This document shows, piece after piece, positions 36,494 through 46,103 of a stretch of DNA of 64,000 nucleotides (the stretch's first letter is position 1; every line of letters starts with the position of its first letter). Origin of the DNA: Polyangiaceae bacterium (GTDB lineage: Bacteria > Myxococcota_A > Polyangia > Polyangiales > Polyangiaceae); contig JANRKO010000028.1 in NCBI GenBank assembly GCA_033763455.1, forward strand, positions 181,705 through 245,704, written 5' to 3'. Made by a program: the position numbers and the translations under genes. The notes under the pieces were generated by a model. The model was not told where the DNA came from. It did not search any database and was given only the letters and a program-made list of their open reading frames with translations.

Positions 36494-39295
36494 TCAGTTC
36501 AGCTCAAGCAATAGTTTCTTGGCGTCTAGAAGAGCCAGCCGCTGAACTCGGAGGGTTTCGAGTTCTTTTGAGGTGACCTCCACCACGTCGGCAGGGGCGT
36601 TCTTAAGGAAGTTCTCATTTTTTAACCGGGCTTCTAGGCCGACAATGTCGCGTTCAATCTTCTTCAGATTGCGTTCGATGCGAGCTTCCTCTTTGGCTGG
36701 ATCCAACAGCCCTCGCAAGCCAACGAGGACCTCCACGTTACCAGCAACCGCGGTAACTGCACCGGCTGGACGCTGGGCTTCAGGTACACCTACGCGGGGT
36801 GCCCCGTCCGTTTTCACGAACCACTGGATAAGCGCGCTCTGCTCATTCAGCAAGGCGAGGCTGTCGGGATCGTGTGTTCTGAGCTCCAGCGGTACCTTGG
36901 CTGTCTTGTCGAGGTCGTGGTCACTGCGAATCGTGCGCGCTGCGGTGATAACTGAGGTCAGCAACTGAACCGCGGCTTCCGCCGTGGGGTCGACTGGGCC
37001 ACTTTCGCGTGTTGGGTAGGGTGAGAGCGCTATCGAGAGTGGTCGATCTGACGGGCGTGGAATGCGCTGCCACAGCTCTTCGGTGAGGAATGGTGCGAAA
37101 GGGTGCAGTGCACGCAACGCCCCTTCCACCACATAGGCTAAGGTTTGACGAACCTCGGCCTGCTCCGAAGGTGTACCGAGTGTGAGAATGGCTTTGCTGA
37201 ACTCCAAGTACCAATCGCACAATTCGTCCCAGAAGAAGTGGTAGATAGCCGAGCTCGCTTCATCCAAGCGGAAAGCCTCGATGCTCTGGCTGGCCTGTTC
37301 CGAAACAGAGCCAAGGCGCGAAAGGATCCAGCGGTTTACCAGGTGTTGTGGAGCGCTGGGCGCTGAAGCTACCGCTTGGCCTTCAATGTGCGGCAGCGAG
37401 TAGCGGACGGCGTTGTAGACCTTGTTGCAGAAGTTGCGATAACCTTCGATGCGCTTTGGCGATAGGCTAATGCGTTTTGCCTGCGGCGAGTAGCTGCAGA
37501 GGGTGAGCCGAATCGAATCCGCCCCGTAGGCGGGAAAAGCTTGACCCATTTGTGCAGTGGATGGGTAAGCCTTCTTGAACTTCTGAAGCGCCTCCGCGAG
37601 CGGTGCGCCGGGCATGGTGCGCTGGGCTACGTGGTCAAAGCTTGAGCCGTGGATCAGATCGAGCGGATCGAGCGTGTTGCCCTTCACTTTGCTCATTTTT
37701 TCGCCCGTTTCGTCGACCACCATGCCGTGCAGCAGTACTCGTCGAAAGGGCACCTCTCCGGTGAAGTAGAGCCCCATCATGAGCATGCGCGCTACCCAGA
37801 AAAACAGGATATCGTAGCCGGTCTCAAGATCGCTCGTGGGGTAAAAGCGGCGCATTTCGGGCGTTTCATGCGGCCAACCCAGCGTCGAAAAAGGCCAGAG
37901 CCCACTTGAAAACCACGTGTCCAGCACGTCCGGATCTTGCCGGAGCCCGGTACTGCCGCAGCCTTCACAAGCACTCGGCGTACCCGTGCGAGTAACCGTC
38001 ACGTGGTCACAGGCGTCGCAGTAGAACGCTGGGATCTGGTGGCCCCACCAAAGCTGGCGCGAGATGCACCAGTCTTGAATGTTGGTGAGCCAATGCTCGT
38101 AGGTTTTCACCCATTCGGTGGGAATAATCTCCGTTCGCCCGTCGCGCACCGCGGCGAGTGCAGGTTCCGCAAGTGGCTGCATCTTCACGAACCACTGCGT
38201 CGAGATCATCGGCTCAACGATCGTGCGGCACCGTTGGCAACGTGGCACCTGAAGCTTGTGAGCCTTCTCGCCGCGCTCCAAGCCAAGCTCTGCCAGGGCG
38301 AGCTTCACGTCTTTGCGTGCCCGGGCCACGGTGAGGCCCGCAAAACGTCCAGCGTTTTGGTTCAAGGTTCCATCGAGGTTGAGGATGGAGATTTCTTCGA
38401 GACTGTGCCGTTTGCCGGTCGCAAAGTCGTTGAAATCATGCGCCGGCGTCACCTTGACCGCGCCGGTGCCGAACTTCATATCAACGAGAATTGCGTCGGT
38501 AATAACGGGAACTTCGCGATCCAAGAACGGGTGCTTCAGCTTCTTCCCGTGCAGGTGGAGGTAGCGCGGATCTTCGGGGTGCACGGCCACGGCCGTATCA
38601 CCCAGCATGGTTTCAGGGCGGGTAGTGGCCACCACAAGTTCGGTTGGCCCAAGGCTCGCATCGCCGTCTATGAGCTGATAAGCAAACTCATACAGCTTGC
38701 CGTCCGCCTCTTCGTTTTCGACTTCGAGATCGCTGAGCGCGGTGCGGCAATCGCTGCACCAGTTGATAAGCCTCGTGGCACGGTAGATGAGCTTGTCTTC
38801 GTAGAGACGGACGAAAGCTTCGCGCACCGCGTGCGACAAATCTGGGTCCATTGTGAACTTGAGGCGATCCCAATCTGCCGAGCACCCGAGTACGCGCATC
38901 TGCTCAATGATGCGGTTGCCACTTTGTTCTTTCCACTGCCACACCCGCGCAACGAAGCCCTCGCGCCCAAGATCGTGGCGCGATTTGCCTTCCTGGCGCA
39001 GCTGCCGTTCAACTACCGTTTGCGTTGCGATCCCCGCGTGGTCAGTGCCTGGTTGCCAGAGGGTATTGTAGCCTTGCATCCGCTTGTGCCGGATGAGCAC
39101 ATCTTCGGCCGTTCCCATGAGTGCATGCCCCATGTGGAGCGAGCCGGTCACGTTTGGTGGCGGCAGCGCGATCACGTACACGGGCCGCACATCGCCGTCG
39201 GCCGTGCCGGCCCGGAAGACGCCGTGTTCTGCCCAATAGGCGTACCAGCGCGGTTCGACGTCGGTTGGGTCGTAGACTTTTGGGAGCTCATGCAT
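36494..39295 (-). CDS. valS: Valine--tRNA ligase
   Basis: PPPNVTGSLHMGHA, GTDHAGIATQ, ATTRPETMLGD, DWCISRQLWWGH, DVLDTWFSS, KMSK, C-terminal coiled coil. Confidence 0.98.
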   Translation of the reverse strand: MHELPKVYDPTDVEPRWYAYWAEHGVFRAGTADGDVRPVYVIALPPPNVTGSLHMGHALMGTAEDVLIRHKRMQGYNTLWQPGTDHAGIATQTVVERQLRQEGKSRHDLGREGFVARVWQWKEQSGNRIIEQMRVLGCSADWDRLKFTMDPDLSHAVREAFVRLYEDKLIYRATRLINWCSDCRTALSDLEVENEEADGKLYEFAYQLIDGDASLGPTELVVATTRPETMLGDTAVAVHPEDPRYLHLHGKKLKHPFLDREVPVITDAILVDMKFGTGAVKVTPAHDFNDFATGKRHSLEEISILNLDGTLNQNAGRFAGLTVARARKDVKLALAELGLERGEKAHKLQVPRCQRCRTIVEPMISTQWFVKMQPLAEPALAAVRDGRTEIIPTEWVKTYEHWLTNIQDWCISRQLWWGHQIPAFYCDACDHVTVTRTGTPSACEGCGSTGLRQDPDVLDTWFSSGLWPFSTLGWPHETPEMRRFYPTSDLETGYDILFFWVARMLMMGLYFTGEVPFRRVLLHGMVVDETGEKMSKVKGNTLDPLDLIHGSSFDHVAQRTMPGAPLAEALQKFKKAYPSTAQMGQAFPAYGADSIRLTLCSYSPQAKRISLSPKRIEGYRNFCNKVYNAVRYSLPHIEGQAVASAPSAPQHLVNRWILSRLGSVSEQASQSIEAFRLDEASSAIYHFFWDELCDWYLEFSKAILTLGTPSEQAEVRQTLAYVVEGALRALHPFAPFLTEELWQRIPRPSDRPLSIALSPYPTRESGPVDPTAEAAVQLLTSVITAARTIRSDHDLDKTAKVPLELRTHDPDSLALLNEQSALIQWFVKTDGAPRVGVPEAQRPAGAVTAVAGNVEVLVGLRGLLDPAKEEARIERNLKKIERDIVGLEARLKNENFLKNAPADVVEVTSKELETLRVQRLALLDAKKLLLELN

Positions 39296-39340
39296 CGGGG
39301 CGCACCCTAATGCTCGAACCCGTGCCTCGCAATCGGGCGG

Positions 39341-40165
39341 CTAGAGCTCGCGCGTAAGGCGGTCGAGCTCTTCGCGGATCATGGTTTCCGCGAGTGTGGG
39401 AACGACTTCCCAGACCGCCTGTTCGATGATTTCGCGCGACAAGGAAAGAACGCCTTGCACCTGTTCAGCGGTGAGACCAAGACCGTTCAGCTTGCCAGAA
39501 AGCCCGTTGGCTGCTGCAGCCTGGATAGCTGGCGCAAGGCCAGGACTCGTCACGTTAGAAGCTCCACTCGTAAACGGCACGGCACTGGGAGGCCGAGCGT
39601 AGTCTTGCGCGCTTGCCCCGGGGGGTGTGCCGGTGGTCAGGGTTGGCGTGCGAGGACGAACTCCCGCGCCCGCGGATGACGGCTGCACTACGGGGGGTTC
39701 AGGCGTGGGCGCCGGGGTACCGTACGAAAGTGTCTGCGCACGCGGTCGCACCGGAGCACTCGTGCTCGAAGCGGCCGGGCTTGGCTGCACCGAGGGCGCA
39801 ACTTGTGTGCGGCCGGCGAAGCCACGAACACGATCCAACAGCTGTTGGGTGTCGAAGGGCTTGTCCACGAAGTCGTCGGCCCCAACCTGACCACCTCGGG
39901 TTCGATCGTAGGGCTGCAGCTTGCTCGTCAAGAGAATCACGGCCGTATTCGGAGCCGCGCCTTTTATCCTCTGACAGAGCGAGTACCCGTCGCCGTCGAG
40001 CCCTGCGTCGATCAACGCCACTTCGGGGCGCTCCGATGCCAGCTTGCTCATCGCCTCTTCGGACGTGGCAGCGATGATGGTCCGGTAGTCCTCACCCGCG
40101 AAGGTGATCTCGAGGACTTTTCTCATGGTGTTGCTGTCGTCGACGGCAAGCAAAGTGGTGGCCAA
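39341..40165 (-). CDS. romR: RomR-like polarity response regulator (receiver + Pro-rich linker + conserved C-terminal helix)
   Basis: TTG start behind GGAGG; LLAVDDS...KPF receiver; C-terminal LSREIIEQAVWEVVPTLAETMIREELDRL. Adjacent to valS, as recalled for Myxococcus. Confidence 0.85.
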   Translation of the reverse strand: MATTLLAVDDSNTMRKVLEITFAGEDYRTIIAATSEEAMSKLASERPEVALIDAGLDGDGYSLCQRIKGAAPNTAVILLTSKLQPYDRTRGGQVGADDFVDKPFDTQQLLDRVRGFAGRTQVAPSVQPSPAASSTSAPVRPRAQTLSYGTPAPTPEPPVVQPSSAGAGVRPRTPTLTTGTPPGASAQDYARPPSAVPFTSGASNVTSPGLAPAIQAAAANGLSGKLNGLGLTAEQVQGVLSLSREIIEQAVWEVVPTLAETMIREELDRLTREL

Positions 40166-40302
40166 GTGTCCTCCGAAGCGCTTCTTGAATCTTGAGGGAA
40201 TATTTCCCTGCAAAAGTAATCATCGGCGGCCCGGCCCAGCCTTGTCAAGGATTTGGCCAGTGTGGATTGGCGCCGTTCGCCCTTGCCCGCCGGCTTAGCC
40301 AG

Positions 40303-40335
40303 CTCCCATTTGTGTCCCCTTTGTCTCCCATTTGA
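40303..40335 (+). promoter_or_regulatory. Three tandem 11-bp direct repeats in the romR/hrcA divergent promoter
   Basis: CTCCCATTTGT / GTCCCCTTTGT / CTCCCATTTGA; the last unit overlaps TTGACC. Confidence 0.5.
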
Positions 40336-40368
40336 CCGGCGGCCCCCTCTCGGCCCACATTCATATAA

Positions 40369-41421
40369 ATGGCGACCACCGATCTCACCAGGCGCGCTCG
40401 GGCAGTCCTCTACGCGGTAGTCACGGAGTTTATCGCAACCGGGGAACCGGTCGGCAGTCGCACGTTGTCTAAGAAGCCCGAGCTTTTGTTATCGCCCGCC
40501 ACGATTCGCAACGTGTTGGCCGATCTCGAGGACGCGGGGTTTCTCCAGCAGCCCCATACTTCAGCAGGGCGAGTTCCCACTGAGGCTGCGTTTCGGCTGT
40601 ATATCAACGCTCTTATGCACGTACGGGCGCTCAAGCCTGACGAATCACAAAAGATCGCCCAACGCTTCGAAGAAATGGCGCCCGAGGCAGACATGTTGCG
40701 AGAGACGGGGCGGCTTTTGGCCGAGTTAAGTGGCGCCGCCGCGGTTCTGGTTCGTTCACGCACGGACGGACGGATCGTCGTGAAGATGCGGTTCATCCCG
40801 ACTCGGCCGAGCGAGCTCCTCAGTGTGATCGTTTTCTCGGATGGCTCGGTCGAGAACCGGTTTGTTACGTTCGATACAGCCTTGACCGAGCAGGAGCTGG
40901 AGCGTGTGCACAATATGCTTGAGGAAGCGTGTGAAGGTCGAACGCTGGCGGACGTGCGGGAATACCTCTCCGAAGCACTCTCCAACACACGAGACACCCT
41001 GCTAAGTTTCCGGCAGTTGGGCTATTCGCTAGCCAATCTAGCGCTTGAGGGCGCATCCACGAGTGTAGAAGTGGTCATTGAAGGCCAGGCGCGTCTGTTT
41101 GAGCAGCCAGAGTTTCGGGATGGAGACCGCGTGCGGGAGCTCCTGCATGTGCTCGACGACCGGGAAAAATTGATCACGCTCCTTGATCGCACGCTGGAGG
41201 CCAGTGAAGTGCGCGTGTTCCTCGGGCAGGAGACAGCCGACGCGGTCGGGTGCCCGGTCAGCTTGGTTGCGGCTCCCTACCTGGCCCAAGGAGGGCACCC
41301 GGGGGGTGCGGTGGGCGTCCTCGGTCCAACACGGATGGATTATCCCTCCGTCGTCCCGCTCGTCGGCGCTACAGCGGCGGCCATGAGCCGACGTCTCGGG
41401 AAGAATCGCGACAATAGCTGA
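40369..41421 (+). CDS. hrcA: Heat-inducible transcription repressor HrcA
   Basis: EFIATGEPVGSRTL, SPATIRNVLADLE, QPHTSAGRVPT, GVLGPTRMDY. Confidence 0.97.
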   Translation: MATTDLTRRARAVLYAVVTEFIATGEPVGSRTLSKKPELLLSPATIRNVLADLEDAGFLQQPHTSAGRVPTEAAFRLYINALMHVRALKPDESQKIAQRFEEMAPEADMLRETGRLLAELSGAAAVLVRSRTDGRIVVKMRFIPTRPSELLSVIVFSDGSVENRFVTFDTALTEQELERVHNMLEEACEGRTLADVREYLSEALSNTRDTLLSFRQLGYSLANLALEGASTSVEVVIEGQARLFEQPEFRDGDRVRELLHVLDDREKLITLLDRTLEASEVRVFLGQETADAVGCPVSLVAAPYLAQGGHPGGAVGVLGPTRMDYPSVVPLVGATAAAMSRRLGKNRDNS

Positions 41422-41445
41422 CTTCAGCCGAGGCCCACCGATACC

Positions 41446-42774
41446 ATGGTGGGTATGCCAAATCTTGAAGGTGCCGAAGACAGCGTTCACGCGACCGACG
41501 AGGTGATTCGACTGCTGGCTCACGGCGACCCCAAAGCGGCGCTCGCTTGGGCGGCACCGCTCGTGAAGCTTGCTCCCGCGAGCCCCGTGCACTGGTTTCT
41601 CTTAGGAGTGGCTTTGCACGAGCTTGGGCACGAGGGGCCCGCGACAACAGCGCTCGGCCTGGCCGTGGATCGCGGTATAGCCACCAGCAATCTGCCGGTT
41701 GCGCTCGCCGCGTGCCTGCGCATCGGGGCGCTCGGTGCTAGCAATGAGGCGAGCCTGGAGCGCCTGGCCCGAACGTTTTCCAAAGACTCAAAGCTTCTAC
41801 AAGCGCAAACGGACGTACCCCCTTCTCTGCCCGGTCAGCGCATTAAGCTCTCGGCGCTCGCTCCAACGGTGTCTGAAGAGGAGGTGCTCAAGTTAGTGAA
41901 CGGGGCCATGGAAGCGGCCTCCGAGTTGCCGGACGCTACCGGCGTCTCTTTTCAGCCGTTGTTTTCGTCGCTAGGCGCAGCCGGCCTCGGGCGCCTACTT
42001 CAAGCCTTTCGCGTGATTTTTGCTCCCCAAAAGATGATGGTAGTTGAGGAGGGCACTCCAGGGCAGGAGGCGTTTGTGCTGGCGCGCGGAGAGCTTGAAG
42101 TTGTAAAGTCGAATGCCACCGAAGGCATGGTGTTGGCGCGCTTGGGCAATGGTGCACTGTTTGGTGAAATGGCCCTGCTTTCGCGCGCGCCCCGAGCGGC
42201 CAGTGTTGTGGCTGCTCGCCCGTGCATTGTTCTGGTGGCAGAGCGGTCACGCCTCGATAAGTTGGCTGAGGAAGATCCTGAGGTTGGGCACGCCCTTGCT
42301 CAGTTTTGTCGACAACGGATGATCGACAATCTCCTGCGCACCAGTCGGCTCCTCCGCGCCGTAAGTCCGAAAGAACGCCCCCTGTTGATCCCCCAGTTTG
42401 AAACCCAGACGCACGAAGCGGGGACGCGCTTGATTGCGCAAGGTCAGCAGTCTGACGGAATGTACCTGATTGCCTCTGGCGAGGTTCAGGTGGTGCATCA
42501 AGCGGACGACGGAGATACGCTCATTGCGACGCTCGGGCCGGGCGAAGTGGTGGGCGAAGTGGCCCTGGTGCTTCGGCGCCCTGCGACGGCTGACGTGATC
42601 GCCGTCCATCCGAGCGTGGTCTTGCATCTGCCGCGCGAGCGTTTTTTGAATGTGGTGAAGAATCATCCACAGCTTCTGGCTGAATTGTACGAGTTGGCAG
42701 TTCGCAGGGATGAGGAAACGTCGAGCATTGTGGCTGAGGAGGCCACCAATGTGGACGACTGCATTTTGCTTTGA
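41446..42774 (+). CDS. Tandem cyclic-nucleotide-binding domain protein with a helical/TPR-like N-terminus
   Basis: FGEMALLSRAPRAASV and VGEVALVLRRPATADV. Confidence 0.88.
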   Translation: MVGMPNLEGAEDSVHATDEVIRLLAHGDPKAALAWAAPLVKLAPASPVHWFLLGVALHELGHEGPATTALGLAVDRGIATSNLPVALAACLRIGALGASNEASLERLARTFSKDSKLLQAQTDVPPSLPGQRIKLSALAPTVSEEEVLKLVNGAMEAASELPDATGVSFQPLFSSLGAAGLGRLLQAFRVIFAPQKMMVVEEGTPGQEAFVLARGELEVVKSNATEGMVLARLGNGALFGEMALLSRAPRAASVVAARPCIVLVAERSRLDKLAEEDPEVGHALAQFCRQRMIDNLLRTSRLLRAVSPKERPLLIPQFETQTHEAGTRLIAQGQQSDGMYLIASGEVQVVHQADDGDTLIATLGPGEVVGEVALVLRRPATADVIAVHPSVVLHLPRERFLNVVKNHPQLLAELYELAVRRDEETSSIVAEEATNVDDCILL

Positions 42775-42882
42775 GTCGGGGTCTGCCAGGTGCGTGTGAT
42801 CAGGCTGAGGCGCACAAACCGACCCCGTTCAGCTTGGGGCCCCGGGCTTGACCGGCCACCCACAGGCCGCTAAGCCGGCGGC

Positions 42883-43578
42883 ATGAAGCAAGCTTTGGTT
42901 CGGCTGGTTTGGGGTCTCGCGTTCGCTCTCGTCGCTATCATGGCCCCCCGGGGTGCTGGGGCGCAGACCAAGATCGCAGTCGTCGATACACAGCGCGCCA
43001 TCATGGAAACCGAAGACGGCCTGCGCGCTACGGCGAATCTGAAGAAGCTATTCGAGACCAAGCAACGCGAACTCGACGCAAAGCAGACCGATCTTCAGAA
43101 AGCTCGCGAAGACATCGAGAAGCAACATTCGGTGCTTTCAAAGGAAGCCTTTGCCAAGCGTATGGAGAGCTGGCAGCGCGACATGATGCAGCTGCAGCAG
43201 GTGTTCGTCCAATACCAGAAGGATATCCAGGCCAAGCAGAACGAACTGACCCAGCCAGTATTCCAGAAGATCATGGGTCTCATCCGTCGTTTGGCCTCCC
43301 AAGAAGGTTACGACATGGTCGTCGACAAGCAGGCTGTGCCTTACGTGCGGAGCGATCTCGATGTCACGGATCGAGTCATCACCCTTTACAATCAGTCTGC
43401 CCCCGCCGCTGCGGAACCCGAGTCCAAATCGGGAGCGAAGGGCAACCAGTCAGCAAAAGCCGGGTCTGCCACCAAGCCAACGGCTCCCGCCAAGGCCACC
43501 GCGCCCGCTAAGCCCGCTGCCCCAGCTGGCCCCCCGAAGCCAAGCGCGCCTGCCAAGCCGGCTCCGGCCAGCAAATAA
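42883..43578 (+). CDS. skp: OmpH/Skp periplasmic chaperone with a Pro/Ala/Lys-rich tail
   Basis: Signal peptide, KIAVVDTQRA, long coiled coil, GYDMVVD...DVTDRVI. Confidence 0.9.
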   Translation: MKQALVRLVWGLAFALVAIMAPRGAGAQTKIAVVDTQRAIMETEDGLRATANLKKLFETKQRELDAKQTDLQKAREDIEKQHSVLSKEAFAKRMESWQRDMMQLQQVFVQYQKDIQAKQNELTQPVFQKIMGLIRRLASQEGYDMVVDKQAVPYVRSDLDVTDRVITLYNQSAPAAAEPESKSGAKGNQSAKAGSATKPTAPAKATAPAKPAAPAGPPKPSAPAKPAPASK

Positions 43579-43615
43579 GCGCAGGCCCCCCGCCCGCGGC
43601 CTCAGTTTAACCCCC

Positions 43616-44071
43616 ATGGCGACGAAGAAGGCAGTAAAGCTCGAGATCTCCCGGATCCTTGAGATTCTGCCCCATAGGTATCCGTTTGTGTTGGTAGATC
43701 GCGTCACTGAGATCGCGGCGGGTGAACGCATTTGGGGGCACAAGATGGTGAGCAGCAATGAGCCATGGTGTCCCGGCCATTTCCCAGGCAAGCCCACCAT
43801 GCCCGGGGTCTTGATTCTTGAAGCGTTAGCCCAAATCGGTGGAATCCTCGCCTACGCATCCGATCCCTTCGATCCAGGGCGCAGCCTCATGTATTTTTTG
43901 GGTATCGATAAAGCGAAATTTCGCCACACCGTGACGCCCGGTGACCGACTAGATTTGATGGTGGAGGTGATGCACCATCGTTCAAATGTCTGGAAGCTTC
44001 GCGGTGAGGCCTCAGTGGAGGGCACGCTGTGCGCTCAGGCCGAGTTGCTAGCGTCTATCGTCGATCGTTGA
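43616..44071 (+). CDS. fabZ: 3-hydroxyacyl-ACP dehydratase FabZ
   Basis: ILPHRYPFVLVDRV, NEPWCPGHFPGKPTMPGVLILEALAQ, KAKFRHTVTPGD. Confidence 0.96.
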   Translation: MATKKAVKLEISRILEILPHRYPFVLVDRVTEIAAGERIWGHKMVSSNEPWCPGHFPGKPTMPGVLILEALAQIGGILAYASDPFDPGRSLMYFLGIDKAKFRHTVTPGDRLDLMVEVMHHRSNVWKLRGEASVEGTLCAQAELLASIVDR

Positions 44072-44077
44072 GCACCC

Positions 44078-45037
44078 ATGGCACGCACCAAGGTCTCCGT
44101 CATCATTCCGATGTTCAATGAGGAGGAGGCGCTCGGGATCACGCTCCAAAGGTTAGTGGAGGAGCTTGAGCCTTGTGGCCATGATTTTGAACTCGTGTGC
44201 GTGGATGACGGCTCAAGCGATCGCACACCCTCGCTCTTGGAAGATTGGCGTGCCCGAGACGCTCGGGTTCGTACGGTGACCCTCTCGCGAAATTTTGGCA
44301 AAGAGGCCGCTCTGGCTGCTGGTCTCATGGCGGCCGAAGGGGATGCGGCCATTCTGATTGACGCGGACATGCAGCACCCACCAACGCTTATTCCGCAAAT
44401 GCTGAAGCATTGGCGCGAGGGCTACGAGGTTGTGAATGCCGAGAAGCGCGACCGTGGCGAAGAGGGTTTCGCATATCGTGTGATGGCGGGGGCGTTCAAC
44501 AAGCTCATGGGAGCTGCGGCGGGGCGACCACAGCACGGAGCATCCGACTTCAAGTTACTGGATCGCCAAGTGATTCAGGCTCTGCAGCAGTGCCCTGAGC
44601 GCCAGCGTTTCTTCCGCGGGCTCGTGACATGGGTTGGGTTTCGTGAGATCTCCGTCCCGTTTGAGGTCGCGCCTCGTGCGGCGGGCGTCACGAAGTGGTC
44701 TACCTGGGGGCTGGTGAGATATTCGCTGCGCAACTTGCTCGCGTTCTCGGCATTCCCACTCAAGCTTATCGCTCTATTTGGGTTTTTCGGCCTACTCGTT
44801 GCGGCGGTGATTTCTGCCATCACGCTTTATCACTACGCGACAGGAACTGCGGTGAGCGGCTTTACAACGGTGATTCTCTTACAGAGCATTATCGGTGGCG
44901 TGCTGCTCGCGAGCCTCGGTGTTCTGGCCCTTTATGTTTCAGAGATGTACGAGGAGCAGAAGCAACGCCCGCTCTTTATTGTGCGGCAACCCAGGCCGCC
45001 CGCCGAGCCCACAGCCTCCGGCCCCCGAGAGGATTGA
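44078..45037 (+). CDS. GT2 polyprenol-phosphate glycosyltransferase (GtrB/ArnC-like)
   Basis: VDDGSSD, LSRNFGKEAAL, IDADMQHPP, SDFKLLDR, RFFRGL, two C-terminal TM helices. Confidence 0.93.
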   Translation: MARTKVSVIIPMFNEEEALGITLQRLVEELEPCGHDFELVCVDDGSSDRTPSLLEDWRARDARVRTVTLSRNFGKEAALAAGLMAAEGDAAILIDADMQHPPTLIPQMLKHWREGYEVVNAEKRDRGEEGFAYRVMAGAFNKLMGAAAGRPQHGASDFKLLDRQVIQALQQCPERQRFFRGLVTWVGFREISVPFEVAPRAAGVTKWSTWGLVRYSLRNLLAFSAFPLKLIALFGFFGLLVAAVISAITLYHYATGTAVSGFTTVILLQSIIGGVLLASLGVLALYVSEMYEEQKQRPLFIVRQPRPPAEPTASGPRED

Positions 45038-45913
45038 GTGAGCACGCGTTGTATTATGTGTGGGTGCAGCGCACCTTTCGCGGAACTCTTCACCAAGGAG
45101 GGCTACAAGATCGCGGCTTGTCGAGAATGCTCGCTCGTACAGTTGGAGCCCACGCCATCGGCTGAAGCTCTCGAGGCGCTCTACTCAGAGCACTACTTTA
45201 ACGCGGCTGAAGCGGAGTCAGGCTACACCGATTACGCGAGTCAAGAAACGGAGTATTTGGCAACGTTCGCTGAGGATGTGCGTGCTATCCAGCAGCACGT
45301 TCCGACTGGCAGGGTGCTGGATGTTGGCTGCGGCTACGGCTACTTCCTGAAAGCAGCTGAAAAGGCTGGCTTTGAGCCGTACGGCATCGATTTGTCAGAT
45401 GCAGCTGTGGAGCAGGCGAACGCTCGCTTCAGAGGGCGCGTCTTTTCAGGAACCCTCGACAATAGCGGCTTACCAGCCGATCTGAAGTTTGACGTCGTGT
45501 TTGCCTCGCATGTCATTGAGCACATCACCGAGCCCGTTGAATTCATTCGCCAGGCCGCTGCACGGCTCCGCCCGGGTGGGCTCTTGGTGCTGGTGACCCC
45601 AAACATTGAAAGCGTATTGGCCCGGGTTTCCAAGGCTCGCTGGGTCTCTTTCAAGATCCCCGAACACGTCGCCTATTATAGCCCCAAGACTATCCGCGCT
45701 CTCATTCTGCGCGGGGGCAATTTCGATGTCCTCGGTGTGAGCCCGGCCTACCAACACTATCGTTTGCCATTTGTAGCAACCAAGCTGCGTCAGCTGGCAA
45801 AGCCACTGGATCGGCTCGTGCCAGAACTTGAAAATACACGCTGGCTGAGAGACAGAATCATTCGAGTTACGAGTGGCTCCCTCCGGGTAGTAGCGCGCAA
45901 AGGGGGCGGCTGA
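45038..45913 (+). CDS. Class I SAM-dependent methyltransferase with an N-terminal Zn ribbon
   Basis: CIMC...CREC, VLDVGCGYG, HVIEH, LVTPN, PEHVAYYS. Confidence 0.9.
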   Translation: MSTRCIMCGCSAPFAELFTKEGYKIAACRECSLVQLEPTPSAEALEALYSEHYFNAAEAESGYTDYASQETEYLATFAEDVRAIQQHVPTGRVLDVGCGYGYFLKAAEKAGFEPYGIDLSDAAVEQANARFRGRVFSGTLDNSGLPADLKFDVVFASHVIEHITEPVEFIRQAAARLRPGGLLVLVTPNIESVLARVSKARWVSFKIPEHVAYYSPKTIRALILRGGNFDVLGVSPAYQHYRLPFVATKLRQLAKPLDRLVPELENTRWLRDRIIRVTSGSLRVVARKGGG

Positions 45914-46103
45914 GGGGTGTGTAAGGAAGAGCTTTGGACGTGAACTCGCGTTCAAGGTCTGTCAGGTGTGCAAGCGCTTGGGTCTCGCCGTTTCCCTTGC
46001 GAAATAGGTCGACGGCTGCCGAGGCGCATCACCCCAGCGTGCGTTTATTGGGATCAGCACCAGAGCCTGGCGATTCGCGCGGCATCTGTTAGGCTCGGCT
46101 GAG

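Noticed and set aside
37937..39310. 457-aa + strand ORF (and similar long antisense ORFs such as 6259-7062, 12675-13523 and 21446-22435)
   Set aside because: Antisense shadows of well-supported genes, as expected from high-GC codon bias; no recognisable motifs.
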